Position numbers and translations under genes: made by a program. This document shows positions 25,168-39,530 of a DNA stretch of 64,000 nucleotides, in pieces. This DNA comes from Piromyces finnis finn (Eukaryota > Fungi > Neocallimastigomycota): assembly GCA_002104945.1 (NCBI GenBank), contig MCFH01000014.1, positions 744,001 through 808,000 on the forward strand, in the 5' to 3' direction. The notes under the pieces are model-generated. The model ran no database searches. It was not told where the DNA came from and saw nothing but the letters and a program-made list of their open reading frames with translations. Position 1 is the first letter of the stretch. Every line of letters begins with the position of its first letter.

Positions 25168-26220
25168 TGTGAAGATATTAACTGGATTTAAAACAAATTC
25201 AGATAACATCTATAATTAATTAAACATAAAAATTATAATTAAATAATTCCAATAATTATTTTAAAACACCTTTAAAAGTCACCTTTTAAATTTTGATTCA
25301 GTGAAAGGGTTATGATTTCAAAAATTTAATATCAATACACTATAACCCTTAGCCAAAAATAAACACGAAACAGGAAACAAGGCATAACTCACCAAAAACT
25401 ATCGCTACGGCCGTAAGTACTACTGCTGTGAAACTAAGTTTATTAGAAAGCTTAAGGAAAAGGCTATATTTTGGTACAATCGCAGTCCTTCTAACTGATC
25501 ATTTAAAGATTTTAATTAGTAAATTAAAATCAATATGATATTAAGTATGGATCATAAACATTTTTTATGACTTGACGAAAATTAAAAATATATCAATAGG
25601 AACTTTAATTATATTAATTTAATTAATGATAATGACTGTTACTAAAAATAGAACTAAACCATTTAGGTCTAACAGTTAAAATCTATAAATTAAATAATTT
25701 TAATTATTATAAAATATAATAACGGCAAGTTTCATTAGAAATAATTTTTAAAATAATAATTATTTAATTATAACAAATATGTTATGTTAATATCAATTAA
25801 TAATGATGAATTGTTGATTGAATAGTTTTTATAATTACTAATTAGGATCAAATGTTTAAATGATTAAGCATATGTTTATTTTATTTTTTATATTATTAAT
25901 ATATTACATGTAATACTTCATTCTTATTAATATCAATTTAATAATATGAACAAAAAATATAAAATAGAATGAATTGAATTCGATTTTAATTCTTTGTAAA
26001 GATTATAGTTATAATCTTAATTATATAGTTATTAAATATATTATCATTATTAAATAAATAAGATTTTATAAAAAGTTATTTTAAAAAAACAAATATTAAT
26101 TTTTCATTTGGAAGTTTAAAGTGTTTTTTTATAATTGAATTTAATTTCTTAAAAAACATCTTTATTATATAATTAATAACATTCTGACCTGGCCGCATAA
26201 CCAAACTCCAAAACTTAACA
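25168..26220 (+). mobile_element. Solo LTR, family A, copy 2
   Basis: TGTGAAGATAT...CTTAACA flanked by ATTAT/ATTAT. Confidence 0.85.
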
Positions 26221-26225
26221 ATTAT

Positions 26226-26844
26226 TGTAAAAGTTTTACTAAACTTATAATTTAATATTAAAATATTAAATTAAATAAAAGATTAAAAGATAACTAGGTT
26301 AGAAAAAATGTTTTATTAAAATAATCTTAATTGTTTTATAAACGAATAATTAAATAATATATTAATAAAGAAAATAATAATAAGATTATTTAATAGCAAT
26401 ACTCATTAAGTATTAATTATTATTAATAATCTTTACAAAGATTTTAATTTCATAAACTATTCTAAACTATTTATACTATTTTTAATTTTACATTTAATAA
26501 TAAAATAACTTTTCAATACATGATTATATTCATAATATATTTTTTAACACGAAAACTAAACTTAAGACTTATTACTAATTATTGAAAATAACTATTATTT
26601 ATAATATTTATAATATTAATTGTTTTTTAATTATAATATAATTTAGTTATAATATAATTCATTGAATATAATATTAATAATTATAATCTTCTAATTCAAA
26701 GATTATAAGTTATATTATTTAATAAATTTAAATTTAAATTAAAAATTTATCTAATCTTAACATAGTTTTTTGTTTAGGAAAAGATTAGGTCTATGTATAT
26801 GGAAAAAAATAAAAAATTTTTTTAAAATTTATTAACTCTTTACA
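26226..26844 (-). mobile_element. LTR-like repeat, family B, copy 2
   Basis: TGTAAAAG...CTCTTTACA (minus strand begins TGTAAAGAG); right flank ATAAT. Confidence 0.55.
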
Positions 26845-27231
26845 ATAATTATATTAATTATTAGTTTATAAAATTAAATATTTTATAATTAAACAATAAT
26901 TAATTAAAATTAAAAATGTAATAACTAAAATTGTTCAGGTGCAAAAAGAACAAAAATTGATAAAAATTACGAAGCTTTAGCTTTAGTAATTTTTTAACTT
27001 AATAAAATTTATAAACTCCTATAAAAAACCTAAAACTTTAAAAATTTTAATATTTTTAATAACTTAATATATGCTGATATTAAGTTATTGCTAAAATAAA
27101 AATATTATTTAATTTTCTTTATATAAATATTATTAGCTTTACGCCTTCAATAGGAAAGCGTATTATATTAGTTAATATAACTAGTGTGCTTGCCACACTT
27201 TTCTTTAATAAAAGATCGCTTTTTTGACAAA

Positions 27232-27315
27232 GAAATATTGGCGCAACGATAACGTGTAACATGTCCACTTCTAGAACGGAAGGTTAGGTGTTTGAATCAC
27301 ATCACTCACTTTTCA
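27232..27315 (+). pseudogene. tRNA-Trp pseudogene
   Basis: Colinear with the tRNA at 10289-10360, with many transitions and two small insertions; anticodon now CTA. Confidence 0.85.
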
Positions 27316-29446
27316 TTTTTAATTTTTTTAAATAAGATTTTATCTTTGTGAACATTTATGGACATATAATTTTATTATTTATAACATATATTTATTAATA
27401 CACGTGATTAACTTATAAAAATGTAAACAAATACTAAAAAGTTAATTCTGTCGTTGTTAACTATTAAAATTCTAACTAAAACAAGAAGCCTCTTAATAAT
27501 AATTATTCCTTAGTCTATTTATGTAAATGAGGCTTACTTAATAATTAATCGACCAATGATAAGGCTGAAATTATATGGATTATACATCTACATTATTCTT
27601 TTACATTACATATTCTTACATTAACAATACATTTACATTGCATTCTTATACATTATAGAAATAATTAGCATTATAATAAAACTATATAAATTTAATATTA
27701 GTGAAGTTAACTAATATTATAATAGGTTCATGTCACATGGTAATTTTATAGTTCTGATAAGAAATATTGAAGATGAAAAACAAAACAAAACAAAATATAA
27801 CTCTATAATCTAATTCTATTCAATATTCTAAGTAATAAATTTTAAGTAAACTATTTTATTTTTCCTTTTTTATTTAAGGAAAGGCAAAATGTATAATAAA
27901 TATTTTTTAAACTTTTATTTTGGATTTATTTAACCAATTTACTTTAAAATTTTTCAATCCTTTTAAAGAAAAAGAATTTGTTTTAAAACTTTATTTTTAT
28001 TATTAAATAAAGTTTTGATTTTTATTTTAAGTATTGTTATTATTCATTTTATCCATTTTTGTGTAATGAAACATCAATCATTTAAAGTTACACAAAAAGG
28101 AAATAATATTAAAAAAGAAATCTTAAAAATATTATGTAAAAGACAACATAAACTATATTAATTAAGATTTAAAAGTAACACCAAAAAAAGTAAAAAAAAA
28201 AAAATTATTTAATAATAAAACTAGAGATAGTGGTTTAGAATAGTAAAACCCATTTCTATTTAAAGTATTATTATTAATATTTTTTTTAGTATAAACCACT
28301 TTTCTTTGGTATTTTATTACAACTTTATATAAACTAAAATTCTATATTATCATTTAAAAAGCATTAAACTATGGATAATAAATAAAAAAAGCAATAATTG
28401 GAAATGATTATATTTTTTTTAAATTATAAATAAAATTATATTTATAAAAAAGATATTTTATTATAGGAATTTGATAAGAAGCTTCTTTTTAGATATATTA
28501 AAATGTTTCATAATTGTAATGAATTTATTATAAAAATTATAAAACTATTATACTTTTTGTCTTAAAAAAATAGATTTTGAAATTTTTTTTTTTTTTATCT
28601 ATTTCTATTCTCTATCTATATTGAATAAAACTATTATTATTTTCTATATAATTTATATTAGGTAACAAAGGAAGGTTTTATTGTATAATAATTTTTATAA
28701 TAATAATAATAATAATAATAATTCCTTTATCCTAATTAATATTGAAAAAGATTAACATTTTCCTTTTTATTAAACTTTAATTAAGTCAAACTTTAATAAA
28801 GTATATATTTCTATATATTTTAATTAAATGGATAATATATTTTAATATATGGAAACAAATTTTATATAAATAACCACTTTTCTCTTTTTTTTCTATAAAG
28901 AATAAAGAGAAAAAGTTAATAATTATAATATATATATATTTTTTTTTTATAAAAAAAAAAGTTATATTATTATATACCTCCAAAGAAAAAAAAAGTATAT
29001 ATATATAAGTTCATATGTATATGTATTTTTTAAATTGGTGGTTATAAAATAGTATAAAAAAAGTTGTAACTAAAGAATTTTTATATATAATAAAACAACA
29101 TTCATTAGTTATATAAAGAAATATATTACATCTTTGAAAGATTTTTATATTTTTTTAATAAAAATTGAAAAGAATTATTTAGAAATAAAAATAAATTAAA
29201 TTGTTATTTTAAATTTTAAAAACAAGATAATAAAATTTAAGATACAGTTAATTGAATCAAATAAAAAAATAAAATATAAAACTAAATTAAGAAGTAAAAT
29301 AATAATAAAAAAAGATAAATTAATATTAATAAAATAATAATAAAAACAAAACAAAACAAAACAAAACGAAACAAGCAAGAAAACAAAAATATATATGTAT
29401 AAAGAAAATTTAAATTGAAAATAAATATAAATAAATAAGAAAAAAT

Positions 29447-32400
29447 ATGAAAAGTATCATTATTTTGTCATTATTTTTTGTTAAAGGTATTCATTCATAC
29501 TGTTGGTCAGAGAATTTACCAGATCCATATCCATGGTAATTATTTATATCTATATTATAATTTTATAAGTAATATATTTGATTAAAAATATCGATATTGT
29601 TTAACCGTAAATATGTATTTAATAAATAAAGCTGTTCAAGTGACCAAGTCCAAAGAATAGACTCAACCTATGATGGTGACTGGTGAGTTATTTTATATTG
29701 GTACTTAATATCTAACATTATTATTAATACTTTTAAATTAAACTTTTATAATAGGGGTAAAGAAAATGGTAAAAAGTGTGGTATAGTATATGAATGCAAA
29801 CCTGAACGTGTATTTGGAGTATCATGTTGTACTACCGAAATAATTAAAAGATATAAACATGACCAGGATGGTATTTGGTAATTAATAATAATTTTTAATA
29901 ATAAACATAAAGATAAGTAAAATGATGTAATATAAATATATTATATAAATATTAAATTATTTTATTATGTTGCATATTATATATAATTTAAAATATATAT
30001 AAAAGGGGTTATTATGATGATGAATATGGAAGAGAACAATATTGTTATGTAAAAGAAAGTTCACCAAATTTCAATGACCGTGAATTAGTTGATGAAACAA
30101 GAGAAGAATGGAATAAATTTAAACCTTTATGGGATAAAAAATATAAATATAACTATGAACGTTTAGCAATAAGTCCAGGTGAAGATGAAACAATGCTTAA
30201 ATTTGGTTGGTATTCAACAACAAATAAAACACCAGCAATTCGTTATGGAAGTATTGATGAACCAGTTGAGGAATATAAAGTATTCAAAGGAACTAGTGAA
30301 GCAAATAGAGAATTTTCAAATGTAGATGAAAATGGTGATTACATAAGTATTTTTTACTATTCTAATACAGTTACTATTACTGGTTTAGAACGTAATAAGA
30401 CCTATAGGTATCAAAGATTATTAAATGGTGAATGGGAAGATCCTGTAGAATTTAGTACTCATGATCCTGAAAATTTCAGTTTTCTTTTTGTTGGTGATCC
30501 TCAAATTGGTGGTTCAGCACAACGTCTTACTGCTTCCAATGGTTTTAGTAGATACATGAGTGAGGATGAAGCTGTTAGAAATGATGCCTTCAATTGGAAT
30601 GTCACTATAACAAAAGCATTTGAATTAACTAAAACTCCAAGTCTTTTATTGTCAGCTGGTGATCAAGCTGATACTATGGAAGGTTCAGATGATTATCATA
30701 GATCATATCAAGAATTCCAATTTTCTGCTTTACTTTCTCCACCCTTAATCCAAAAAATTCCTATTGCTGTTACTGTTGGAAATCATGAATCCTATTCAGA
30801 TACTATTAGGTATCATTTTAATGTTCCAAATCCATTTCTTACTCCATCCTATATAACATCTTATAACGATAAGGAGAAATGGATTGATGGCTATAATTAT
30901 TTCTTTAGATATAATAATGTATTGGTTGTCGTTCTCCAAACAACATGGAGTAATTGTAATGACCTTACTAAAGTTATTAATGATGCTGTTAAAAAATATC
31001 CAAATACGGATTGGCGTATTGCTATGTTCCATCATGATATTTATGGTAATGGTGAAGCACATTCCCAAAAAGATAGTGACATTAAAAAATTGCGTCAATG
31101 CTTAACACCTTTATTTACAGAACATAGTTTTAATTTAGTAATTAATGGTCATGATCATGTTTACACTGCTTCTAAATTCATTTCTTATACCGGAGCTGAT
31201 AATCTTGGTGGTTATACACCTTCTGAGATTGTAACAAATAAAGCTATTAGAGATCCAAAGGGTACTTTATATATTACAGCTAATTGTTCCACTGGTAGTA
31301 AATTATATGATTATTATCAAGGTGAAATTGATATTGATTATGTTCATTTTTACAATCAAACATTTACTGCCACTTTTGGTGTTTTGGATTTTGAAAAAGA
31401 GGATGATATTGTTAGAATGAGTATTACTACATATGATGTTAATTCCTTAAGAATTACTGATGGTCCATACATATTTGAAAAAGTTGGTAATGAAGTATAT
31501 AATACAACAGTAGTACCTGATTGTTGGGCATCATCTTTAGGTTATAAATGTTGTACTAAAACAACTAAAGTTGAATATGTTGATGCTAATGGTGAATGGG
31601 GTGCTGAACGTGATGAATTTGGTGTAAGAAATTGGTGTGGTATTATTAAGACAGATACTACCATCGCCACTACTACAACAACAAAGAAAATAGAACCAAC
31701 TGAACCATCAACTTGTTGGTCATTATCATTAGGTTATAGTTGTTGTTCTGCAGGTGTTAATATTGCTTATACTGACAAAGATGGGGAATGGGGTTATGAA
31801 AATAATAATTGGTGTGGTATTATCAAAAACCCAGTCACTACTACTACTACAACTATTCCAATAACTTCTTCAACCACTACTACCACCACTACCACCACTA
31901 CCACTACTTCAACCACTACTTCAACCACTACCACTACCACTACTACTCCAATTACCACTACCACAACAACAAATACAGAACCAACAGAACCATCTACTTG
32001 TTGGTCATTATCATTAGGTTATAATTGCTGTTCTGCTGGTGCTAATACTGTTTACACTGATCAAGATGGTGAATGGGGCTTTGAAATGAATGAATGGTGT
32101 GGTATTATTAAGAGTCCAACAACAACTACTACACAAGTAGTAGAACCAACAGAACCATCTACTTGTTGGTCATTATCATTAGGCTATAATTGCTGTTCCG
32201 CTGGTGCTGAAGTCATTTTAGTTGATGAAAGTGGAGAATGGGGCTTTGAAATGAATGAATGGTGTGGTATTATCAAAAATCCAGTTAGTACTACCACTAC
32301 TTCAACCACTACCACTACTACTACTACTCCAATTACCACTACTTCAACCACAACTACAACCACTACTACTCCAATTACCACTACTTCAACCACAACTATA

Positions 32401-33051
32401 ACCACTACTTCAACCACTACCACTACTACTACTACTCCAATTACCACTACTACCACTACTTTAATTACCACTACCACAACAACAAATACAGAACCAACAG
32501 AACCATCTACTTGTTGGTCATTATCATTAGGTTATAATTGCTGTTCTGCTGGTGCTAATACTGTTTACACTGATCAAGATGGAGAATGGGGCTTTGAAAT
32601 GAATGAATGGTGTGGTATTATTAAGAGTCCAACAACAACTACTACACAAGTAGTAGAACCAACAGAACCATCTACTTGTTGGTCATTATCATTAGGTTAT
32701 AATTGCTGTTCTGCTGGTGCTGAAGTCATTTTAGTAGATGAAAATGGAGAATGGGGCTTTGAAATGAATGAATGGTGTGGTATTATCAAAAACCCAGTTA
32801 GTACTTCCACTACTACTTTCATCTATCTTCCAACTACATCAACAACATCAACTACCACTACAAGAACCACTACAAGAACCACAACCACTATAACTACTAC
32901 CACCCAAACTCCAGAACCATCCAATTGTGCTGAAAATTATGCAGTATGTGGAGGTATAAATTATAATGGATCATCTTGTTGTATAAATAAAAACTTTTAT
33001 TGTAAAACAACAAATGAATATTATTCTCAATGTGTTCCAATAGAACAATAA
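29447..33051 (+). CDS. Secreted purple-acid-phosphatase-like metallophosphoesterase with 2 N-terminal and 6 C-terminal dockerins and a CBM1
   Basis: Exons 29447-29535, 29632-29682, 29755-29877 and 30006-33051 join in frame at GT-AG sites. Signal peptide; motifs GDPQIG, AGDQ, GNHE, FHH and GHDH; CW....GY.CC...WG.EN..WCGI repeats; C-terminal CGG...CC...C...YYSQC. Confidence 0.92.
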
Positions 33052-35580
33052 TAATAATAATACATTAATGAATTAAATAATTTCTATTCAGTATATTTTA
33101 TTATAGTAAAAAAAAAAAAGTTAAAATCAATTCATTAGATCTACATTTTAAATAATAACAATAACAATAATAAAAGAACAAACAAACATACTATATTAAC
33201 TACTCATTAATTAAAATATTTATTATTATAATATTTTAATATATTGTAGGATAAATAATATATATATATATATACTAATGAAATCTCTATCAAAACTAAT
33301 TTATATATAATATACCTCTTTTTTTTTTTTTAGAATTTATTAATTAATAATAGAAATAAAATTCTATTTTTTGTAATGTTTTTTGTTTTATATTTTTTAT
33401 AGATTAAGATATAAATCACAAGAACATTGAAATATATATATATATATAATAATAAAAAATAAAAATAAAAAATACAATAAATAATAAAAATCAACCATTT
33501 TAAATATATTATATGTAGTAACAATCAAAGTATAATTTTTTTTTTTTTTCATTTTGATATTTTTTGTTTCCAATTAGTCGTATGAAAAAAATAAAATGTT
33601 TTTTTTTATATATTATTATAAATAAAAAGCAAGCTATTTATTTAGTTTTTTTTTTTTTTGCTTTAAACAGATATTAAAGTTAATTTTTTTTTTTTAACTT
33701 TTATGTTGTTACTTGTTACTGTTTTATTCTTTTTGGTAAAATAAATAACTTTATTCAATAGAATTTCTATATGGCCAAAATCTTTTTTTTAAAGTCTTCT
33801 AAGAATTTTAAAAAAGAAATGGTTTTATTCTGTTTGTGTTACATTTCAAAATGATATCATAACAATATTGAAATCTAATAATAATTAAGGTTCAATATTT
33901 TATTAATTTAGAGAATATACAAACAATTGACATTTTATTGTAAAACCTTAATTTATACTAAAATTTAGTTATTTTCAATATCAAAAAAAAGGATGCTTTG
34001 GAAATTACAAATGTATATAAAAGAATTTAATATATTAAATTAATATAAATTCTAAAACTTTATTTACTATAAAATTTTATCCTTCCGTTTTTATTATTCG
34101 TTTAACCGCGATTTTATTATTATTTTTATTATTATTATTATTTTAAAAGAAATAATGGATAGAAAGGCAATTAAGAATTAAAAAAAGAGAGAGAAAAAAA
34201 GGAATTTAATGTATGCTTTTTTTTTTTTTAATAAATATCTAAATGATAAAGATTATTTTCTTTTTAAAGATTATAATCTCCAACTTTATTGTAATGTTAA
34301 ATTATTCATATTATTAATTTATTGTATACAAATAATTAATAACAGTATAATAATGATAATATACTATGATAGAAATTGAAAATTTGGTATTACTCTTGCT
34401 TTTTTTTTTTATTTTACTTTAGTTTTTATATATTTATTTTAATAGAAATTTTATTAGAATAGTAATAATTATAATAATAAAAAAAGAAATATTGATACTA
34501 TAGAATAATAAAAGTTACAAGGTAAAGTAAATAATAAATAATATTACTGTGCTATTACTAATAAATATTTAATACTATTTAATAAATAATGCAAATAAAT
34601 ATATAATATTTATTAATAATAATTAATAATAATATTTAATAGTAAATAATAATATAAACATTAAATAATAATTAATAAACAATAATAAAAAGCTAAGTAT
34701 TATTTTTATTAATCCCTATTTTTATATAATATTATATTATATATCTAAAAAATTATGAATAATGATAGAAAACTGTGACTTATACAATTTTTTAAAAGGG
34801 ATAAAAAAATAAATATAAATAAAGTTTATTTTTAATTAAAACCATCATTTAATTTAATTTAAAAAAAATGAATAGAATCATTTTCACTAAATTTTAATTC
34901 TTTTTTTTTTTTTGCTATATAAAATAAAAAAAAGAAGTCACTTTTCCTCTTTTTTTTTTTAAATTTAAATAGAATTTAAAAAAAAAATAATACTTTTGTT
35001 ATCATTCATTTATTATTTTATTATTAAATAATTATTATTATTTAATATTAATATATAAATAAAGTGAAAAAGTTTTTTTTTTTTTTTTTTTTCAATATAT
35101 ACTTTAATTTAGGTATACAAAATTAAAGAGGAATTGATATTCATTAATTATAATTGAAAAAAAAAATAATTTTTTTTTAAATTTATATTCTAGAAATAAA
35201 CTTTTTTCTTTTTATATATTGAAAAAATATAGATAATATTTCTATTTGCAACATTAAAAAGAAAAAAAAAAGGAATAGAATTTTGAATTGAATTCAGAAA
35301 AGCTTAAAAAACAAAAAAAAAAAAAATTGATTTCATTAATAATATCTTTGAAAGAATATTATATAAATCAATATAATTCAATAAAAAATAAATAAATTAA
35401 AACAAAACAGAACAAAACAAAAACAATAAATTATTTAAGGAAAAAAAAGATAAAAAAACTAAAATAAAAAAACTGTTGGTATAAAACTAATATATATTAA
35501 AGTAAAAAAAAAAAAAAAAGAAAAAGAAAATAATTATTAATTTAATATATATATATATATTAGAATTAATTAAAAAAAAA

Positions 35581-38500
35581 ATGAGGAAAGTAGCTTTTTA
35601 TACTGCTTTATCAATTATTTTAGCTAAAATTAAAGCTAAAGAAAGTGAAACATATTGTTGGTCACAAGATTTATTTGGTATCGAATGGTAATTATTTTCT
35701 TTAAAGGAAATATTCCAATATAGAAATAAAAATGGTATAAAAAAAACAGAAATTCTTAATTCTTTTTCTTTTCTTTTATTAAACTTATAAAAAAAATAAA
35801 GTTGTGAAGAAGGAACTGAAGCCAATTATTTTGATACTGATGGTGACTGGTAAAGTACAAAAATAACTTATAATATTTCCATAAAAATAATTTAATAGTT
35901 TTATATTAATTGTCAATATATATTATATATATATACTATATTATATACGATTGAATAATAGGTATAAATCAGATGAATACAAATGTGGTATTATTCATGG
36001 TAACTGTTGGTCAAGAATTCTTGGATATCCTTGTTGTGTAGATACTCATGGAAGTGAGGATACTACTCAAGATTCTCATGGTTTATGGTAATTATAATAA
36101 TGATAATTTATTTTATTAAATAGTTATATTATATTTTATTTATTGTTTTTTTTTTTTAAAAAAAAAACATTTTAAAATAAAAACTTGAACTCTCCCTTTT
36201 TTTTTATTTTTAAATATATTCTGATAAATCTTGTATTCATACTTTATTCCGGTATTATTAATATTATTGTCATTTCTTGTTAAATAATTATTTTCAACAA
36301 TAATAACGATAATAGGGCTAAAGAAAATGGTTATTATTGTGGTATTAGACATTCATTAAAACCATGGAATGATCGTGAACTCGTTGAAGAAACAAAAGAA
36401 GAATGGAATTCATTTAAAGCAAAATGGAATGACGAAAAATATAATTTTGAACGTCTTTCCGTTTTCGTTGGTGACAATGAATCAGAAATCAATTTTGGTT
36501 GGTATTCCGTAACTAAGGATGAAGCTGAAATTCGTATTGGTCAAATGAAAGATATGAGTGATGCAAAGACATTTGTTGGATCATCAGCAACTCAAACTGA
36601 ATATGGAATTAAAAACTTTAAACTTTTAGGTGTACCCTATTATACTAATAGAGTTACTGTATCTGGTTTAGAACGTAATTCAGTATATTACTATCAAAGA
36701 AAATTAAATGGTCAATGGGAAGATGCTATTAAATTTAAAACTTATGATGATAAAAATTTTAAGTTTATTTTTGTAGGTGATCCACAAATTGGTGGTTCTC
36801 ATGGTCGTTTAACTAAATCAAATCATTTTAGAAGAGTGGTATCAAAAGAAGAAAGCAACAGAAATGATGCTTTTAATTGGAATAGAGTTCTTAAAAGTTC
36901 ATTTGAATTAACTGATACTCCAAGTGTATTATTATCTGCTGGTGATCAAGCCGATGAAATAAGTAATTTTGGAAGTAATGAATATTTAGATCAAATTGTT
37001 AATACTGAATCTCAATATTCTGCATTACTTTATCCAGAATTAATGAAAAAAATTGTAACTGCTGCCAGTGTTGGTAATCATGAATCTACCATTAATAGTT
37101 TTGGACGTCATTTCCATACCCCAAATTCAATGAAGGATTGCCATGTTACCAAAAAGTATAATGGTTGGTATCCTGGTTATAATTATTTCTTTAAATATAA
37201 TAATGTTCTCGTAGTTGTTTTAGAAACCAACTATAACAATGATGAAGATTATCAAAATATTATGAGAAATGCCATTCTTAAATATCCAGAAACAGACTGG
37301 CGTGTTGCTTTATTCCATCATGATATTTTCGGTAATGGTGCCACCCATTCTCAAAGTGATGCCTTACCAAAACGTGACATTTTACTTAAATTATTTTCCA
37401 GTTACAAATTTGATCTTGTTATTAATGGTCATGATCATGTTTACACTACTTCTAAATTCGTTTCCTACGAATATAAAAATAGTGCCAATTACAATGATTA
37501 TAAAATTAGTGAAATTAATAAAGATGAAATTAATAGAAATCCAAAAGGAACATTCTTTGTCACTGCAAATTGTGCTACCGGTTCTAAATATTTAGATTTT
37601 GTTAAGGATACTCCAGATTATGTCTATAATTATACTCAAACTTTTACTCCAACCTTTGGTGTATTAGATTTTTCTGAAAATGGAAACAAGGTTCAATTAA
37701 GTATTACTACCTATGAAGTAGAAACAAAAAATGTAGTTGATGGACCATATAAGTTTGAAAAAGATCTTGGTAGTAATAAGGTAGTTATTCTTTTATTAAT
37801 TATTATATTATTAGTTATTATTTGTTATTAGGGTTAGTCTTTTTATAATGATTCATTTTAGTATATTTCTTATCATAAAGCTAAACAAACAAATATATCT
37901 AATTTATTTATAATTGAAATCCCATAATTTTTTTTATATTTATTTTTCAAAAAAAAAAAAAGTGTTGGTCTGAAATTGAAAATGGCTATTCATGTTGTCC
38001 ACCAGGTACTCCTGTTGTCAAGTCTGAAAATGGAAGAGACTATGGTTATTATCTTGATGATTATTGTGGTATTGTCAATGAAATAGATGATCCGGCGGAA
38101 GAAACCAGTATTGTAGAAGAACCAATTGTTCCAACTACTACAGTTGATCCAGAACCAATTATCACAACTACTATTGCTGAGCCAGAACCAATTATTACAA
38201 CTACTATTGTTGAACCAGAACCAGTTATCACAACTACTATTGCTGAGCCAGAACCACAAATAACTAATGTTCCAGATCAATGTTGGTCAAAACCACTTGG
38301 TTATGATTGTTGTGTTGATCCATACATTCAAATAGCATATTCTGATGATGATGGTGATTGGGGTTATGAAAATGATGAATGGTGTGGTATTATTGAATCA
38401 AAACCAACAGAAGAAAATCCAATGAAATGTTGGTCAATACCACTTGGTTATGGTTGTTGTATTGATCCAAACATTCAAATAGCATATTCTGATGATGATG

Positions 38501-38829
38501 GTGATTGGGGTTATGAAAATGATGAATGGTGTGGTATTATAGAAAATGGTTTTTTACCTGTCACTACTACTACCACTACTATTCCTATCACTACTACTAT
38601 CCCTACTACCACTTTAGTATCCACTACAACAATTACCAGAACTACAACAAGAATTACCACCACCACTACCACCACTACCACTCAAACAGCAGAACCATCC
38701 AATTGTGTTGCTGCCTATCAACAATGTGGTGGTATTGGTTATACCGGATCAACTTGCTGTTCAGATCCAAGCTTTGTTTGTAGACCTCAAAGTGATTATT
38801 ATTACCAATGTGTTCCAAGCCAATATTAA
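35581..38829 (+). CDS. Paralogous secreted metallophosphoesterase with 2+3 dockerins and a CBM1
   Basis: Exons 35581-35687, 35802-35849, 35962-36087, 36316-37780 and 37963-38829; same catalytic motifs; QCGGIGYTGSTCC...YYYQC. Confidence 0.92.
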
Positions 38830-39471
38830 TTATTTTTTATATTAAAGGGTTTTTTTTATACAAAATTTACTATGATAATGTGTTCCCAACAAAGAAGTAT
38901 ATAATTATTGCTACACATTTATAGTAGAAAATACGAATGAAAACTATACAAAATCAAAACAATTAAAAATATATAATATATATAATATTGTAATTGAAAA
39001 AAAAAGAAATGAAGAATTCATCCTATATTATATTATACATTTTATAGAAATATAAATAGGATATTTTTGACAATAGATAGACTTTTCATTATCTTTATCT
39101 TTCAATTATATAATATATAAATATATATTATATATATGCTATATAATAGCATACAAAAAAAAAAAAAAGGTTTTACTATAATAAAATTCCATACCAATTT
39201 TTTATTAAAAAAATTTTATTATAGTAGTTTATTAAAAATTATGAATTAAATCAATACTTTTATACTATTATAAAATAATATATATGTAATGATTTAATTT
39301 TTATTTATTTAAACATTGCAATCTCTAACTAAATAACGAAATAGCTTTTGATAAAGTTAACAAATAAACAATTATAAATAAATATATATAAATATAAATA
39401 AACAAACAATTATAAATATAAATAAATATATATAAATAACTAAACCAACAAATAATATATAAATATGAATA

Positions 39472-39530
<59 letters not shown>

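Noticed and set aside
27399-27660. ACACGTGATTA (Pho4/Cbf1-like CACGTG) and TATGGAT.ATACAT.TACATTATT shared with about 50095-50190, flanking the phosphatase cluster
   Set aside because: Short matches with different spacing, kilobases from the start codons; not enough to call a regulon or a repeat family.
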